The notes: a model not told the origin generated them from the letters alone. 64,000 bases of DNA from an uncultured Flavobacteriaceae bacterium (GCA_963520725.1 CAUQSG010000002.1:27926-91925), one strand, 5' to 3'. Counted from the first letter of the stretch, positions 18,778 through 28,583 are shown. Numbers and translations are program-made.

Positions 18778-19401
18778 ATGGAATTCAAGTCACTCAAAAA
18801 CATCGAATCATCGTTCAGGCAGATACGCCTGTTCGGTATCGTCTTCCTCTCGCTGTGCGCAGTGATAACGGTATGGAGCGTGTGGAGTTCCTACCGCTTC
18901 GCGGAGCGGCAGCGGGAAAAGATCTATGTGCTGGACAACGGCAAGTCGCTGATGCTGGCACTCTCGCAGGACCTCTCGCAGAACCGTCCGGCGGAAGCGA
19001 GGGAGCATGTGCGCCGCTTCCACGAGCTGTTCTTCACGCTCTCGCCCGAAAAGAGCGCGATAGAACACAACGTGAAGCGTGCGTTGCTGCTGGCAGACAA
19101 GAGCGTGTACAACTACTATTCGGACTTCGCCGAGAAGGGGTACTACAACCGCATCATCGCCGGTAACATCAACCAAGTGCTGAAGGTGGACAGCGTGGTG
19201 TGCGACTTCAACGGCTATCCCTACCGCACCGTGACCTACGCCACGCAGAAAATCATCCGGCAGAGCAACGTCACAGAGCGCAGCCTCGTGACCACGTGCC
19301 GCCTCTTGAACTCGTCCCGTTCGGACGACAACCCCAACGGGTTCACCATCGAGGGATTCACCATCATCGAGAACAAAGATTTACAAACCATCAAAAGGTA
19401 A
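18778..19401 (+). CDS. traK: Conjugative transposon protein TraK
   Basis: A single N-terminal TM segment (LFGIVFLSLCAVITVWSVW). Position in the tra operon. Confidence 0.85.
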   Translation: MEFKSLKNIESSFRQIRLFGIVFLSLCAVITVWSVWSSYRFAERQREKIYVLDNGKSLMLALSQDLSQNRPAEAREHVRRFHELFFTLSPEKSAIEHNVKRALLLADKSVYNYYSDFAEKGYYNRIIAGNINQVLKVDSVVCDFNGYPYRTVTYATQKIIRQSNVTERSLVTTCRLLNSSRSDDNPNGFTIEGFTIIENKDLQTIKR

Positions 19402-19407
19402 ACGGAC

Positions 19408-19716
19408 ATGAAGAAAATCAAGAAATCACTGTGGAGTGCGTACTGGAAACTCCACGACAAAAAGAAAATGCTGGTGGAACGGCTCAAAGGGTATCTGGAC
19501 GGCTTGCCGCCGAAGACACGCAGGCGCATCGTGCTGGCGATGCTCATCGCATTCGCCGCACTTGCCCTCTACACCTTCGGTAAAGCCGTCTATGACATCG
19601 GCAGGAATGACGGCAGCCGGATGGAGATAGACCATGCCGGACAGGTGGAACTGTCCGTGAAGCCGGATAACAATCACAATGTAATACCTTATTTATATGG
19701 AACAGACGAAGAATGA
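19408..19716 (+). CDS. traL: Conjugal transfer protein TraL
   Basis: A 102-aa single-TM protein that overlaps traM by 20 nt. Confidence 0.65.
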   Translation: MKKIKKSLWSAYWKLHDKKKMLVERLKGYLDGLPPKTRRRIVLAMLIAFAALALYTFGKAVYDIGRNDGSRMEIDHAGQVELSVKPDNNHNVIPYLYGTDEE

Positions 19717-21046
19717 ACCCAAGAACGAAAACAAGGCGGCTCCCGGCAACGACAAGCCGAAAAAGGAGCGCAAGCCGCTGACCGAAGCCCAACGGCTGAA
19801 ACGCCAGAAAATGATAGTGCTTCCCGCTATGGTGCTGGTATTCATCGGGGCTATGTGGCTGATATTCGCCCCGTCCTCCGGCAAGGAGCAGGAGCCGGGA
19901 ACAAGCGGCTACAACATCGAGATGCCCGATGCGGACAAGGAGAACCGCCGGATTATCGGTGACAAGGCGAAAGCCTACGAGCAGGGGGCAATGGAGGAAC
20001 GGCAGGAGAACCGCAGCCGCGCCATGCAGCAGTTGGGCGACCTGTTCGACCGCGAAACGGTGGAAGCGGATGGGGACAGCGACTTCGACCTTGCCAATCC
20101 CGGCGGAACGGAAGAGGCGGTGAAGCCAGCACCGAAGACCATCCAGTCCTCGGCAGCCGCCTACCGTGACCTCAATGCCACGCTCGGCAACTTCTACGAG
20201 CAGCCGAAGAACGACAATGCGGAGATGGACGAGCTGCTGGAACGCATCGCCACCCTCGAATCCGAACTGGAAAGCGGAAAAGAGAGAAGCTCCACGATGG
20301 ACGAGCAGGTGGCACTCATGGAAAAATCCTACGAACTGGCGGCGAAGTACATGGGCGGTCAGAACGGCACGCAGGCGGCAGCGGGACAGACCGCAGAGCC
20401 GTCCCCCGTGCAGAAAACCGGAAAGAACACGGCAAAACCCGTCAGGCAAGTGACGCATCAGGTGGTGTCCTCGCTCGGACAGCCCATGAGCAATGCCGAA
20501 TTTGTCGCTTCCTTCTCGCAGGAACGCAACCGCAGTTTCAACACGGCGGTGGGCGTTACAACCGTACCGGACAGGAACACCATACCGGCATGCGTCTATG
20601 GGGCGCAGAGCGTGACGGACGGGCAGGCGGTCAGGTTGCGGCTGTTGGAGCCGATGGCGGTAGCAGACCGGATCATCCCCCGTAATGCGGTGGTGGTCGG
20701 CGCAGCCAAGATTCAGGGTGAACGGCTCGGCATCGAAATCACCTCGCTGGAACACGACGGTACGGTTATCCCGGTGGAGTTGGAGGTCTATGACACGGAC
20801 GGGCAGCCCGGCATATTCATCCCCAACTCGATGGAGATGAACGCCGTCAGGGAGGTTGCCGCCAACATGGGCGGTTCGCTCGGCAGTAGCATCAACATCT
20901 CCACCAATGCCGGGGCGCAGCTCGCCTCCGACTTGGGCAAGGGGCTGATACAAGGCACGAGCCAGTACATTGCCAAGAAGATGCGCACCGTCAAAGTGCA
21001 TCTGAAAGCCGGGTACAGGGTCATGCTCTATCAGGAGAAGAACTGA
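19697..21046 (+). CDS. traM: Conjugative transposon protein TraM
   Basis: Basic N-terminus, a TM segment (MIVLPAMVLVFIGAMWLIF), a coiled-coil middle and a conserved C-terminal domain. Confidence 0.85.
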   Translation: MEQTKNEPKNENKAAPGNDKPKKERKPLTEAQRLKRQKMIVLPAMVLVFIGAMWLIFAPSSGKEQEPGTSGYNIEMPDADKENRRIIGDKAKAYEQGAMEERQENRSRAMQQLGDLFDRETVEADGDSDFDLANPGGTEEAVKPAPKTIQSSAAAYRDLNATLGNFYEQPKNDNAEMDELLERIATLESELESGKERSSTMDEQVALMEKSYELAAKYMGGQNGTQAAAGQTAEPSPVQKTGKNTAKPVRQVTHQVVSSLGQPMSNAEFVASFSQERNRSFNTAVGVTTVPDRNTIPACVYGAQSVTDGQAVRLRLLEPMAVADRIIPRNAVVVGAAKIQGERLGIEITSLEHDGTVIPVELEVYDTDGQPGIFIPNSMEMNAVREVAANMGGSLGSSINISTNAGAQLASDLGKGLIQGTSQYIAKKMRTVKVHLKAGYRVMLYQEKN

Positions 21047-21101
21047 TGTATAATCATAAGAAATCCAATCAATAACAACAACCCACTAAATTCAAAGTAA
21101 A

Positions 21102-22088
21102 ATGAGAAAAGTAATCATGATGTTTGCCCTCGCTATGGGCATCGCAACTGCCAACGCGCAGGAAAACGTAACCGTTGAAACGACCAACGGAAGTGAAGAA
21201 CTGACCTTGACAAAAGAGGTCTATCCGCAGAAGGAGGCGGACGGCGACCTGTATCACGGTCTGACGAGAAAGCTGGGCTTTGACCGCATGGTTCCCCCGC
21301 ACGGCTTGGAAGTGACCTACGACAAGACCGTGCATGTCATCTTCCCGGCGGAGGTGCGCTATGTCGATTTAGGCTCGCCCGACCTGATTGCGGGCAAAGC
21401 CGACGGAGCGGAGAACGTCATCCGTGTGAAGGCTACCGTGAGGAATTTCCCGAACGAAACCAACATGTCCGTCATCACGGAGGACGGGAGTTTCTACACC
21501 TTCAACGTGAAATACGCCGCCGAACCGCTGCTGCTCAACGTGGAGATGTGCGACTTCATCCATGACGGCGAGGCGGTGAACCGTCCGAACAACGCGCAGG
21601 AAATCTACCTGAAAGAATTAGGCAGCGAAAGTCCGATGCTGGTGCGCCTTATCATGAAGTCCATCCACAAGCAGAACAAACGTGAGGTGAAGCATATCGG
21701 CTGCAAGCGTTTCGGCATCCAGTACCTTCTGAAAGGCATCTACACGCACAACGGGCTTCTGTATTTCCACACGGAAATCAAGAACCAGAGCAACGTGCCT
21801 TTCGATGTGGACTACATCACATGGAAAATCGTGGACAAGAAGGTGGCGAAGCGTACCGCCGTGCAGGAGCGTATCATCCTGCCGCTCCGCGCGCAGAACT
21901 ACGCCACGCTCGTGCCGGGCAAAAAAAGCGAACGCACGGTCTTCACGATGGCGAAGTTCACCATACCCGACGGCAAGTGCCTCGTGGTGGAGCTGAACGA
22001 GAAGAACGGCGGCCGTCACCAGTCCTTCGTGATCGAGAACGAGGACTTGGTGCGCGCCAATACCATCAACGAACTTCAAGTGCGCTGA
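21102..22088 (+). CDS. traN: Conjugative transposon protein TraN
   Basis: Signal peptide MMFALAMGIATANAQ, 328 aa. Position in the tra operon. Confidence 0.85.
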   Translation: MRKVIMMFALAMGIATANAQENVTVETTNGSEELTLTKEVYPQKEADGDLYHGLTRKLGFDRMVPPHGLEVTYDKTVHVIFPAEVRYVDLGSPDLIAGKADGAENVIRVKATVRNFPNETNMSVITEDGSFYTFNVKYAAEPLLLNVEMCDFIHDGEAVNRPNNAQEIYLKELGSESPMLVRLIMKSIHKQNKREVKHIGCKRFGIQYLLKGIYTHNGLLYFHTEIKNQSNVPFDVDYITWKIVDKKVAKRTAVQERIILPLRAQNYATLVPGKKSERTVFTMAKFTIPDGKCLVVELNEKNGGRHQSFVIENEDLVRANTINELQVR

Positions 22089-22090
22089 CC

Positions 22091-22666
22091 ATGAGAAAGT
22101 ACATCGCAATAATCATCGCGTCGCTTGCCCTGTTCACGGGGCAGGCGCACGCCCAGCGATGCCTGCCGAAGATGCAGGGCATCGAGGTCAGGGCGAATCT
22201 GGCGGACGGCTTCAAACCCGGCGGCAACGACGGCGGGTACAGTTTCGGGGCGGCTCTCTCCACCTACACGAAGAAGGGGAACAAATGGGTGTTCGGAGGT
22301 GAGTATCTCCTGAAAAACAACCCGTACAAGGACACCGCCATACCTGTGGCGCAGTTCACGGCGGAAGGCGGCTACTATTTCAAGATACTTTCCGATGCCC
22401 GTAAAATCGTGTTCGTCTATGCGGGGGCTTCGGCTCTCGCCGGGTATGAATCGGTGAATTGGGGCGAAAAAGTGCTGCATGACGGTTCGACACTGCACGA
22501 CCGGGACGCCTTCATCTACGGCGGTGCGCTGACGCTCGATGTAGAGTTTTACGTGGCTGACCGTATCGCCCTGCTCGCCAACCTCCGGGAGCGTTGCCTG
22601 TGGGGTGGCGACACGAAGAAGTTCCATACCCAATTCGGGGTGGGCATCAAGTTCGTCATCAACTGA
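22091..22666 (+). CDS. traO: Conjugal transfer protein TraO (outer-membrane-type)
   Basis: ATG at 22091 and signal peptide IAIIIASLALFTGQAHAQ. The alternating hydrophobic pattern is consistent with a beta-barrel. Confidence 0.75.
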   Translation: MRKYIAIIIASLALFTGQAHAQRCLPKMQGIEVRANLADGFKPGGNDGGYSFGAALSTYTKKGNKWVFGGEYLLKNNPYKDTAIPVAQFTAEGGYYFKILSDARKIVFVYAGASALAGYESVNWGEKVLHDGSTLHDRDAFIYGGALTLDVEFYVADRIALLANLRERCLWGGDTKKFHTQFGVGIKFVIN

Positions 22667-22674
22667 CACGCGGC

Positions 22675-23547
22675 ATGGAACGGACGGATATAGACACCAT
22701 GAGGCAAATATCCCTCGCGGACTTTCTCGCGCGGTTGGGGCATGAGCCTGTCCGAAGGAGCGGAAACGAACTTTGGTATCGTGCGCCGTACCGCAGTGAG
22801 CGCACGCCCTCTTTCCGTGTGAACGTGGCGAAACGGCTCTGGTACGACTTCGGTTTGGGCAAGGGCGGTGACATCTTCACGCTTGCCGGGGAGTTTGCCC
22901 GAAGCGGTGACTTCATGGCGCAGGCAAGATTCATAGCGGAAACCGCCCGTATGCCGTTTGTCGCATCGGAAAAGCCGTTGTTGTACCTGCCGGAACCGTC
23001 CGAACCTGCCTTTGAGGGGGTGGAAGCCGTCCCACTGCTCCGCTCACCATTAACAGAGTATCTGGCGGAACGGGGCATCCCTTATGCCGTTGCATCCCGT
23101 CACTGCTGCCGCTTGAACTACGGCGTGCGTGGAAAACGGTATTTCGCAATCGGTTTCCAGAACGTGGTTGGCGGCTATGAAATCCGGAGCCGTGATTTCA
23201 AGGGTTGCGTGCCGCCGAAGGATGTGTCGCTGGTCAAAATGGAAAGTTCTCCGACTGGCGTGTGCAGTTTATTTGAAGGATTTATGGACTTCCTTTCCGC
23301 TGCCACGCTTGGATTGGAAACAGGCGACAGCCTTGTGCTGAACTCCGTCGCCAACGTGGGTAAGGCGGTAAAACACTTAGACGGGTACAGGCGCATCGAC
23401 TGCTTCCTCGACCGTGACGAAGCCGGGCGGAGGACGCTGGAAGCCCTCAAAGGACACTACGGCGGACGTGTCTGTAACTGTTCCGCACTCTATGACGGTT
23501 GCAAGGACTTGAACGAGTATCTGCAACTGACAGCAAAAAAGAAATGA
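22675..23547 (+). CDS. traP: TraP, primase-like (zinc-finger/Toprim) protein
   Basis: ATG at 22675. The N-terminus ISLADFLARLGHEPVRRSGNELWYRAPYRSERTPSFRV is CHC2-like, and the C-terminal DCFLDRDEAGRR is Toprim-like. Confidence 0.8.
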   Translation: MERTDIDTMRQISLADFLARLGHEPVRRSGNELWYRAPYRSERTPSFRVNVAKRLWYDFGLGKGGDIFTLAGEFARSGDFMAQARFIAETARMPFVASEKPLLYLPEPSEPAFEGVEAVPLLRSPLTEYLAERGIPYAVASRHCCRLNYGVRGKRYFAIGFQNVVGGYEIRSRDFKGCVPPKDVSLVKMESSPTGVCSLFEGFMDFLSAATLGLETGDSLVLNSVANVGKAVKHLDGYRRIDCFLDRDEAGRRTLEALKGHYGGRVCNCSALYDGCKDLNEYLQLTAKKK

Positions 23548-23572
23548 ACAATAACTTAAAAATCAAAGGACA

Positions 23573-24076
23573 ATGAACATACTGAACAACAAGAACAAGA
23601 GAATATCCATCTTCAAGGCGTTGGCACTCTGCCTGTTCGCCGCCGTGTCGCTCACGCTCGCATCGTGTGACGATGACATGGACATCCAGCAATCCTATCC
23701 GTTCACGGTGGAAACGATGCCCGTACCGAACAAGGTCACAAAGGGGCAGACGGTGGAAATCCGCTGTGAACTGAAAAGGACGGGCGATTACGCCAACACG
23801 CTCTACACCATCCGGTATTTCCAGTTCGAAGGGGAAGGCACGCTGAAAATGGCGGGCGGCATTACTTTTCTGCCCAATGACCGCTACCTGCTCGAAAACG
23901 AGAAGTTCCGGCTGTACTATACGGCTGAGGGCGACGAGGCGCACAACTTCATCGTGGTGGTGGAGGACAATTTCAAAAATTCCTACGAATTGGAATTTGA
24001 CTTCAACAACCGGAACGTGAAGGACGACATTCAGACCGTCATCCCCATAGGCAATTACAAACCTCTGCCAAGATGA
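23573..24076 (+). CDS. traQ: Conjugal transfer lipoprotein TraQ (DUF3872-type)
   Basis: Lipobox LTLASCDDD. It is the last tra gene and its stop overlaps the next ATG. Confidence 0.75.
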   Translation: MNILNNKNKRISIFKALALCLFAAVSLTLASCDDDMDIQQSYPFTVETMPVPNKVTKGQTVEIRCELKRTGDYANTLYTIRYFQFEGEGTLKMAGGITFLPNDRYLLENEKFRLYYTAEGDEAHNFIVVVEDNFKNSYELEFDFNNRNVKDDIQTVIPIGNYKPLPR

Positions 24077-24600
24077 TGCGTGTATTCATGGCTATCCTCT
24101 GTTCGCTGCTGGCGGTCTGCTCCGTGTCCGCACGGGACAGCCGTCGGAAGGGGACGGACAGGCAGGCGGCAATCTACCGCCTGCCGCCTTTTGAGCGGGC
24201 GGTTCGCTGTACGAAGTATTTTGAAGGCTGGCACTCGGAGAAACACCACCCATACGTGGGCTGGGGTCATCAGGTGCAGCCGGGGGAAAGGTATTCGGCA
24301 CGCACCATGACGAAGCGGCAGGCGGACGCACTCCTGCGGAAAGACTTGCGTAAGTTCTGCGCCATGTTCCGTAAGTTCGGGCGTGACAGTCTGCTCCTTG
24401 CCACGCTCGCCTACAATGTCGGTCCATACCGGCTTTTGGGGAGCGGGAAGATACCCAAAAGCACGCTGATCCGAAAATTGGAGGCGGGCGACAGGAACAT
24501 TTACCGGGAATATATCGCTTTCTGCAACTACAAGGGGAAACGGCACGCCATGCTGCTCAAACGGAGAAAGGCGGAGTTTGCGCTGCTGTACATTCCGTAA
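24073..24600 (+). CDS. Lysozyme/peptidoglycan hydrolase associated with the transfer apparatus
   Basis: Signal peptide plus the motif YFEGWH...YVGWGHQV...MTKRQADALLRKDL, which is typical of phage-type lysozymes. Confidence 0.75.
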   Translation: MMRVFMAILCSLLAVCSVSARDSRRKGTDRQAAIYRLPPFERAVRCTKYFEGWHSEKHHPYVGWGHQVQPGERYSARTMTKRQADALLRKDLRKFCAMFRKFGRDSLLLATLAYNVGPYRLLGSGKIPKSTLIRKLEAGDRNIYREYIAFCNYKGKRHAMLLKRRKAEFALLYIP

Positions 24601-24621
24601 CATGGCAAATGCCTGACAAAT

Positions 24622-24657
24622 GAAACTCCGATGAAGCCGCAACTTCATCGGAGTTTC
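24622..24657. terminator. Bidirectional intrinsic terminator between convergent operons
   Basis: 15-bp perfect stem GAAACTCCGATGAAG/CTTCATCGGAGTTTC with a 6-nt loop. Confidence 0.7.
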
Positions 24658-24663
24658 CGCTTT

Positions 24664-24885
24664 TCATACATTCGGGATTTTTCCTTTGCCGATTACTTCA
24701 CCGTCCCTGCAATGCTCTATGATGCCGGGCGAAAATCCCATCTCCCCGATTGCGATATGCCGGATATACTCCACATATTCCTGACCTTGAAAAATCCTGC
24801 CCGTGAGGTTTTTGAAAATCATCCTTATGCTTGTTCCGTCATCGCTGTGCAGGATGATTTTTCCGTTCTGTCTGATTTCTTCCAT
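24664..24885 (-). CDS. Hypothetical protein (73 aa)
   Basis: The ORF sits at the end of the minus-strand operon, directly before the terminator. No family recognised. Confidence 0.45.
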   Translation of the reverse strand: MEEIRQNGKIILHSDDGTSIRMIFKNLTGRIFQGQEYVEYIRHIAIGEMGFSPGIIEHCRDGEVIGKGKIPNV

Positions 24886-25002
24886 GATTGAAACTTGTTT
24901 TTGTGAATACTATCGTAGATTGGGACAGCGGTTTCTTTGCTACTTTCTTTGTCCGCCGTCATGCTCACCGAAAGAAAGTAGGGCGGCTTTGTCCGCCGCC
25001 AC

Positions 25003-25311
25003 TCAAAAATGGGTGTAGAGTCCTGTTACCATCGTGAACATTTCTTCCAGCATATCGCAATATATGCCATCGTGTGTTTCGATGTCCTTCGTCTTGCACT
25101 CGAATGTCTTTTTGCTGAACGTCCTGCGGTAGAAACGCATATTGTAGAGGTCTAAGCCGGCATCGTAGATGATGTCAAGGCGGTTGGCACTCGTCTTGTT
25201 CCTCGCAAGGCTCATGCGCAGTCCGTTACCCATATCTATAAAGTCCTTGCTTCCCGTCATGGCGGCAAAGCGTCTGCCGCCTATCTGCTGTAAAATAGTC
25301 TTCGCTATCAT
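25003..25311 (-). CDS. Hypothetical protein (102 aa)
   Basis: ATG-initiated ORF with protein-like composition in the minus-strand operon. Confidence 0.6.
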   Translation of the reverse strand: MIAKTILQQIGGRRFAAMTGSKDFIDMGNGLRMSLARNKTSANRLDIIYDAGLDLYNMRFYRRTFSKKTFECKTKDIETHDGIYCDMLEEMFTMVTGLYTHF

Positions 25312-25356
25312 GCTTTTCTTGGTTGTAGGTTGGCGGTGCGGACACCGCCAACTTGT

Positions 25357-25638
25357 TTAACATTCTGTTATCTCGGCAATGGGTGTGTTTCGTTTCAACC
25401 ATTCCATCAGGCACTCCATATTGTACTCGCTTGTGATGACTGCCGTATGGCTGTTGATGGCGGTAAACCTGCTGCTCTCGTAGTCGTCTATCCACCCTTT
25501 TAGGGTATCAACTCCCCACGCTTCGGCATCGTCAAAGATGCCGTCCAATACTTTGATAGGCTCACTGAACTTCACTATCAGCGTTTGATAGGCTGCGTTC
25601 ATCGTCTGTCCTCCTTTCCTTCCTTTGCCGTGAGCCAC
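25357..25638 (-). CDS. Hypothetical protein (93 aa)
   Basis: ORF in the operon; it overlaps the upstream gene by 40 nt. Confidence 0.55.
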   Translation of the reverse strand: MAHGKGRKGGQTMNAAYQTLIVKFSEPIKVLDGIFDDAEAWGVDTLKGWIDDYESSRFTAINSHTAVITSEYNMECLMEWLKRNTPIAEITEC

Positions 25639-25832
25639 TCATCCCGTGCTTCTCGGCACTCGTCCAATGTGGGTTTGACACAAGAGAACAACTCTCCGTC
25701 TGTGGGGTGGCGGTAGTCGTACTGCACAAGTGTCCGCTTGCGTCTGCCGATACCTAATTGGAAACGCTCGTATTTCTCCGTACCTGCTTCCGTGCAGGTG
25801 CTTACTCCGTTGATGGTCATCCGTGTTGCCAT
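25599..25832 (-). CDS. DUF3873-like small protein (77 aa)
   Basis: The YDYRHPTDGELFSC motif matches my recollection of this Bacteroides ICE family. Confidence 0.6.
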   Translation of the reverse strand: MATRMTINGVSTCTEAGTEKYERFQLGIGRRKRTLVQYDYRHPTDGELFSCVKPTLDECREARDEWLTAKEGKEDRR

Positions 25833-25852
25833 AATCGTTGATTTTAGGGTGG

Positions 25853-26110
25853 TTAAAAATGTACTGACAAAACTCTGTTCTTCATCACCATTTCGGGGTC
25901 GCTCGTGTAGCGTTGGTGCAGGTAGAAATGGTGGGAACCGAAGCCGTAAAGGAAAAACCTGTCAAGTCCGTGCTTCTCGGCAAAGTTCTTTACACTCCGT
26001 CTTAACTGCTCCTCACTCGTTGCAAGAGTGAGGAGGTTCACAAATTCAAGGAACATCGTGGGGATTTTATCGTCCCACAGACAAACCATGCTTTCAATTT
26101 TTACTTCCAT
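25853..26110 (-). CDS. Hypothetical protein (85 aa)
   Basis: ORF in the operon, between PcfJ and the DUF3873-like gene. Confidence 0.55.
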   Translation of the reverse strand: MEVKIESMVCLWDDKIPTMFLEFVNLLTLATSEEQLRRSVKNFAEKHGLDRFFLYGFGSHHFYLHQRYTSDPEMVMKNRVLSVHF

Positions 26111-26134
26111 ACTATTGGGTATTATAGGTTGATA

Positions 26135-27424
26135 CTATGCCGCTTCCATCCGCTGGCGGATAAGGTTCACGTTGCTGTTCACAAGGTTTACAATGCGGTC
26201 GTGGTACTCGGTATTGGAATTGTGCAAGCCACGACTTTGCACCACTTCCAATGTCTTCAAGGAAACCTCCACCGTTTCTATGCGCTTGCCGTCAATGGTA
26301 GCGGATAGGATAAGAGAGTTCTTTTCAAGGAAATAGGAGTTGGAAAACACGCAATGGTGCAGTTCCGTCCCTTCCGCTGCAAACTCCGCAACGCTCTCCA
26401 ACACACGCACCTGCAAAGTGCCGTCCGTGAAGGCGATGCCGAAGAATATGCCTTTGAGTTTGCGGTATGCCTTCTCGTGTTTCTTCGCTTGGCGGATGCG
26501 TTCCTCCAACTTCTTGCGTTCTATCTCCTTGTTGCGCTTGTGCATAAGTCTGTCGTGTTCGGCTTTGAGGTCGGAGGGACAGACGTACTTCGGGCTGTTC
26601 GTGTCCTTGCCGAAATGCCGCAGGAGGTCTATGGTGTCACGCCACATGGAGCCGTCAGCAATGGTGTAGCCGTTGCGGATACATATCTTTACGGATGCCC
26701 AATACCTCTCTATGTCAAAGGAACTGCGGATATAGTGGCGCAACATGGGGTATTGCCCTGCCTTCAACAGCGTTTCGGCTCGGCTGTCGGAAAGGATAGC
26801 CGTGAAAAGGTCGTAAGGCAGTATGTTGTGGTATTCGCCATTGAAGCCGTTGCGTTTCAGTTCGGGTATGAAACGCTGTCGGGGATAGGTGCAGACGGGG
26901 TTTATATCGTATGCACGGAGTTTGTTGTTCTTGCGTACCTCCATGTCGCTGTATTCCGCCCATAGGTCGTAGTAAAGTATGGACATTCCACGCAGTCGGG
27001 CAATGGTGACGGTTGTGCCTTTGGGCGAAATCCACCTTTGCACCACTTCATAAATGGAATACCCGGCTGCCTGCCCTGCCTTGTATTGGGACTTGACGAA
27101 GAAGAAGCGTATCACTTGGTACTGCTTGCAGGTGGTGATGATGCAGAAATACTCGTTCTCGCTGAACACGCTCTTTCGGGTGCGCAACGCTTCCAACTCC
27201 ATGCCGCAATGCGGGCAGGTGCATCCGCAAACGGTGTCCGCAAGGTTGTGTTCACTCCTCCACGAATGTCCGCACTCGGTGCAGATGTTCGTGCCGTCCG
27301 CCCTCTTGATGGCGTAATGTTTGAAGCAATGGCGGAAAGCGTAAGCCCTCTGTGTGGCGGTCAATTTCGGCAGTCGCTCGCTCAATCGTGCGACTTCCTG
27401 CTGTATGGGTGTTCTCGGTTTCAT
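26135..27424 (-). CDS. PcfJ-like protein
   Basis: ~430 aa from MKPRTPIQQEV (27424). It has a Cys-rich zinc-ribbon-like segment CTECGHSW...CGCTCPHCG and lies directly downstream of the PcfK-like gene. Confidence 0.7.
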   Translation of the reverse strand: MKPRTPIQQEVARLSERLPKLTATQRAYAFRHCFKHYAIKRADGTNICTECGHSWRSEHNLADTVCGCTCPHCGMELEALRTRKSVFSENEYFCIITTCKQYQVIRFFFVKSQYKAGQAAGYSIYEVVQRWISPKGTTVTIARLRGMSILYYDLWAEYSDMEVRKNNKLRAYDINPVCTYPRQRFIPELKRNGFNGEYHNILPYDLFTAILSDSRAETLLKAGQYPMLRHYIRSSFDIERYWASVKICIRNGYTIADGSMWRDTIDLLRHFGKDTNSPKYVCPSDLKAEHDRLMHKRNKEIERKKLEERIRQAKKHEKAYRKLKGIFFGIAFTDGTLQVRVLESVAEFAAEGTELHHCVFSNSYFLEKNSLILSATIDGKRIETVEVSLKTLEVVQSRGLHNSNTEYHDRIVNLVNSNVNLIRQRMEAA

Positions 27425-27426
27425 AA

Positions 27427-27849
27427 TCAGAAATTGAATAGGTTGGGTTGTTGTACTTCTTGTGCGGTCGCTTTGGTGGCGGTTCTCGGCTTGCTGCGGT
27501 TCTGCAACTTGCGGAGTTCCTCCTCTTGGTATCTGCGGACTGCGTTCTGCCGTGCTTCCGCCTTTTCCTCTGCCGTGAGTTCCACAACGTGGTTCACCGC
27601 CACTTGGCACTGAATGGGCTTGCCTACCTCTATCTCGTTCTCGTCATAGTAGTGGACGGCTTGCCCGAATATCTCCCCGTCCGTGAAGCCGTTGCAACCG
27701 CTCCGCTGCACGTAGTTGAGAATGTAGGTGACACAATCGTCTATGTTCTTGGCAGGGTTGCGGTAGTTCCTCGCAAAGAGCGTATCTTCCGCTGCACGCT
27801 GCTCCAGATACATCTGTATCGTTCTCTTGAAATGTTCTGTTCCTTTCAT
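27427..27849 (-). CDS. PcfK-like protein
   Basis: 140 aa, paired with PcfJ as in other Bacteroidetes ICEs. Confidence 0.65.
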   Translation of the reverse strand: MKGTEHFKRTIQMYLEQRAAEDTLFARNYRNPAKNIDDCVTYILNYVQRSGCNGFTDGEIFGQAVHYYDENEIEVGKPIQCQVAVNHVVELTAEEKAEARQNAVRRYQEEELRKLQNRSKPRTATKATAQEVQQPNLFNF

Positions 27850-27862
27850 ATCGCTGTCTTTT

Positions 27863-28114
27863 TTAGATTGTCTGTTTCAGTATTTCTCTCCAATAGGTCG
27901 GCTCTACCTCGCTCAGAAGGAAGTCTGTAAAGTCCCTCCGTGCGTCCTTGTTCAGTTCTCGGTAGAGTTCACGGAACACGGATATGTTGCCGTTGATGTA
28001 CGTTTCCACCATGTACACGAAGATGTTGTCCACCTCGTAGTATCTGCACTGCTGCGCTGCCGTTTTGCTGCTTCTCTTTGCCATGTCAGTAGGGGTTAAA
28101 GGGTGAATAACCAA
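27863..28114 (-). CDS. Hypothetical protein (83 aa)
   Basis: ORF in the operon. Confidence 0.5.
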   Translation of the reverse strand: MVIHPLTPTDMAKRSSKTAAQQCRYYEVDNIFVYMVETYINGNISVFRELYRELNKDARRDFTDFLLSEVEPTYWREILKQTI

Positions 28115-28311
28115 AGGATGAAGCCGAAGAAGGCAATAGTGGAAAGGATAGCCACGATTACACCTATCGCCACTCGGAACACTCCGTTTACAATCTCTCT
28201 AATAATGCCCCAAAAGATGCCGAACATCCCGAAGGCGGTGCGTACCATCAAGCCGCATATCGCAAGCCCTATGTACTGCGCCATTTGTCTGAAATTTGCC
28301 GTTGCCGTCAT
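28096..28311 (-). CDS. Hypothetical small membrane protein (71 aa)
   Basis: Two clear hydrophobic helices. It is the first gene of the minus-strand operon. Confidence 0.55.
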   Translation of the reverse strand: MTATANFRQMAQYIGLAICGLMVRTAFGMFGIFWGIIREIVNGVFRVAIGVIVAILSTIAFFGFILWLFTL

Positions 28312-28469
28312 ATCTTCGCTGTTTTTGATTTTTTTGTTTTTTAATGCGGATTCAAGAGCTGAGGGAGTTGAGTTTCAAACTATCTTATCTGCCTCTCGTT
28401 TATCCGACATTTTTTTTATGCGTCTTTCTGTCGCATCGGTCGTTTTCGTTTCGGGTGCTTGAAAAGGTA

Positions 28470-28570
28470 GGGATTAGGGAATGCAAGGTTTTTCGGGAAA
28501 AATACTACCCGCAGGGCTGGAGATTTTTTCCGAAAACAGGAGGCTTGACCTTGCATTCCCGTCCAATCCC
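28470..28570. repeat. Long imperfect inverted repeat (~100 nt hairpin)
   Basis: GGGATTAGGGAATGCAAGGT (28470-28489) faces ACCTTGCATTCCCGTCCAATCCC (28548-28570). Inner partial complementarity: TTTTTCGGGAAAAA / TTTTTTCCGAAAA. Confidence 0.8.
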
Positions 28571-28575
28571 GGAAT

Positions 28576-28583
28576 TACCTTTG
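28576..28583 (+). promoter_or_regulatory. -7 promoter box TACCTTTG facing the ICE end
   Basis: Exact TAnnTTTG, 6 nt after the long hairpin. No credible ORF lies downstream. Confidence 0.3.

Noticed and set aside
19544-21001. 485-aa ORF on the minus strand, antisense to traM
   Set aside because: Same reasoning: a shadow ORF of a GC-rich gene with R/H/G/L-rich composition and no motifs.
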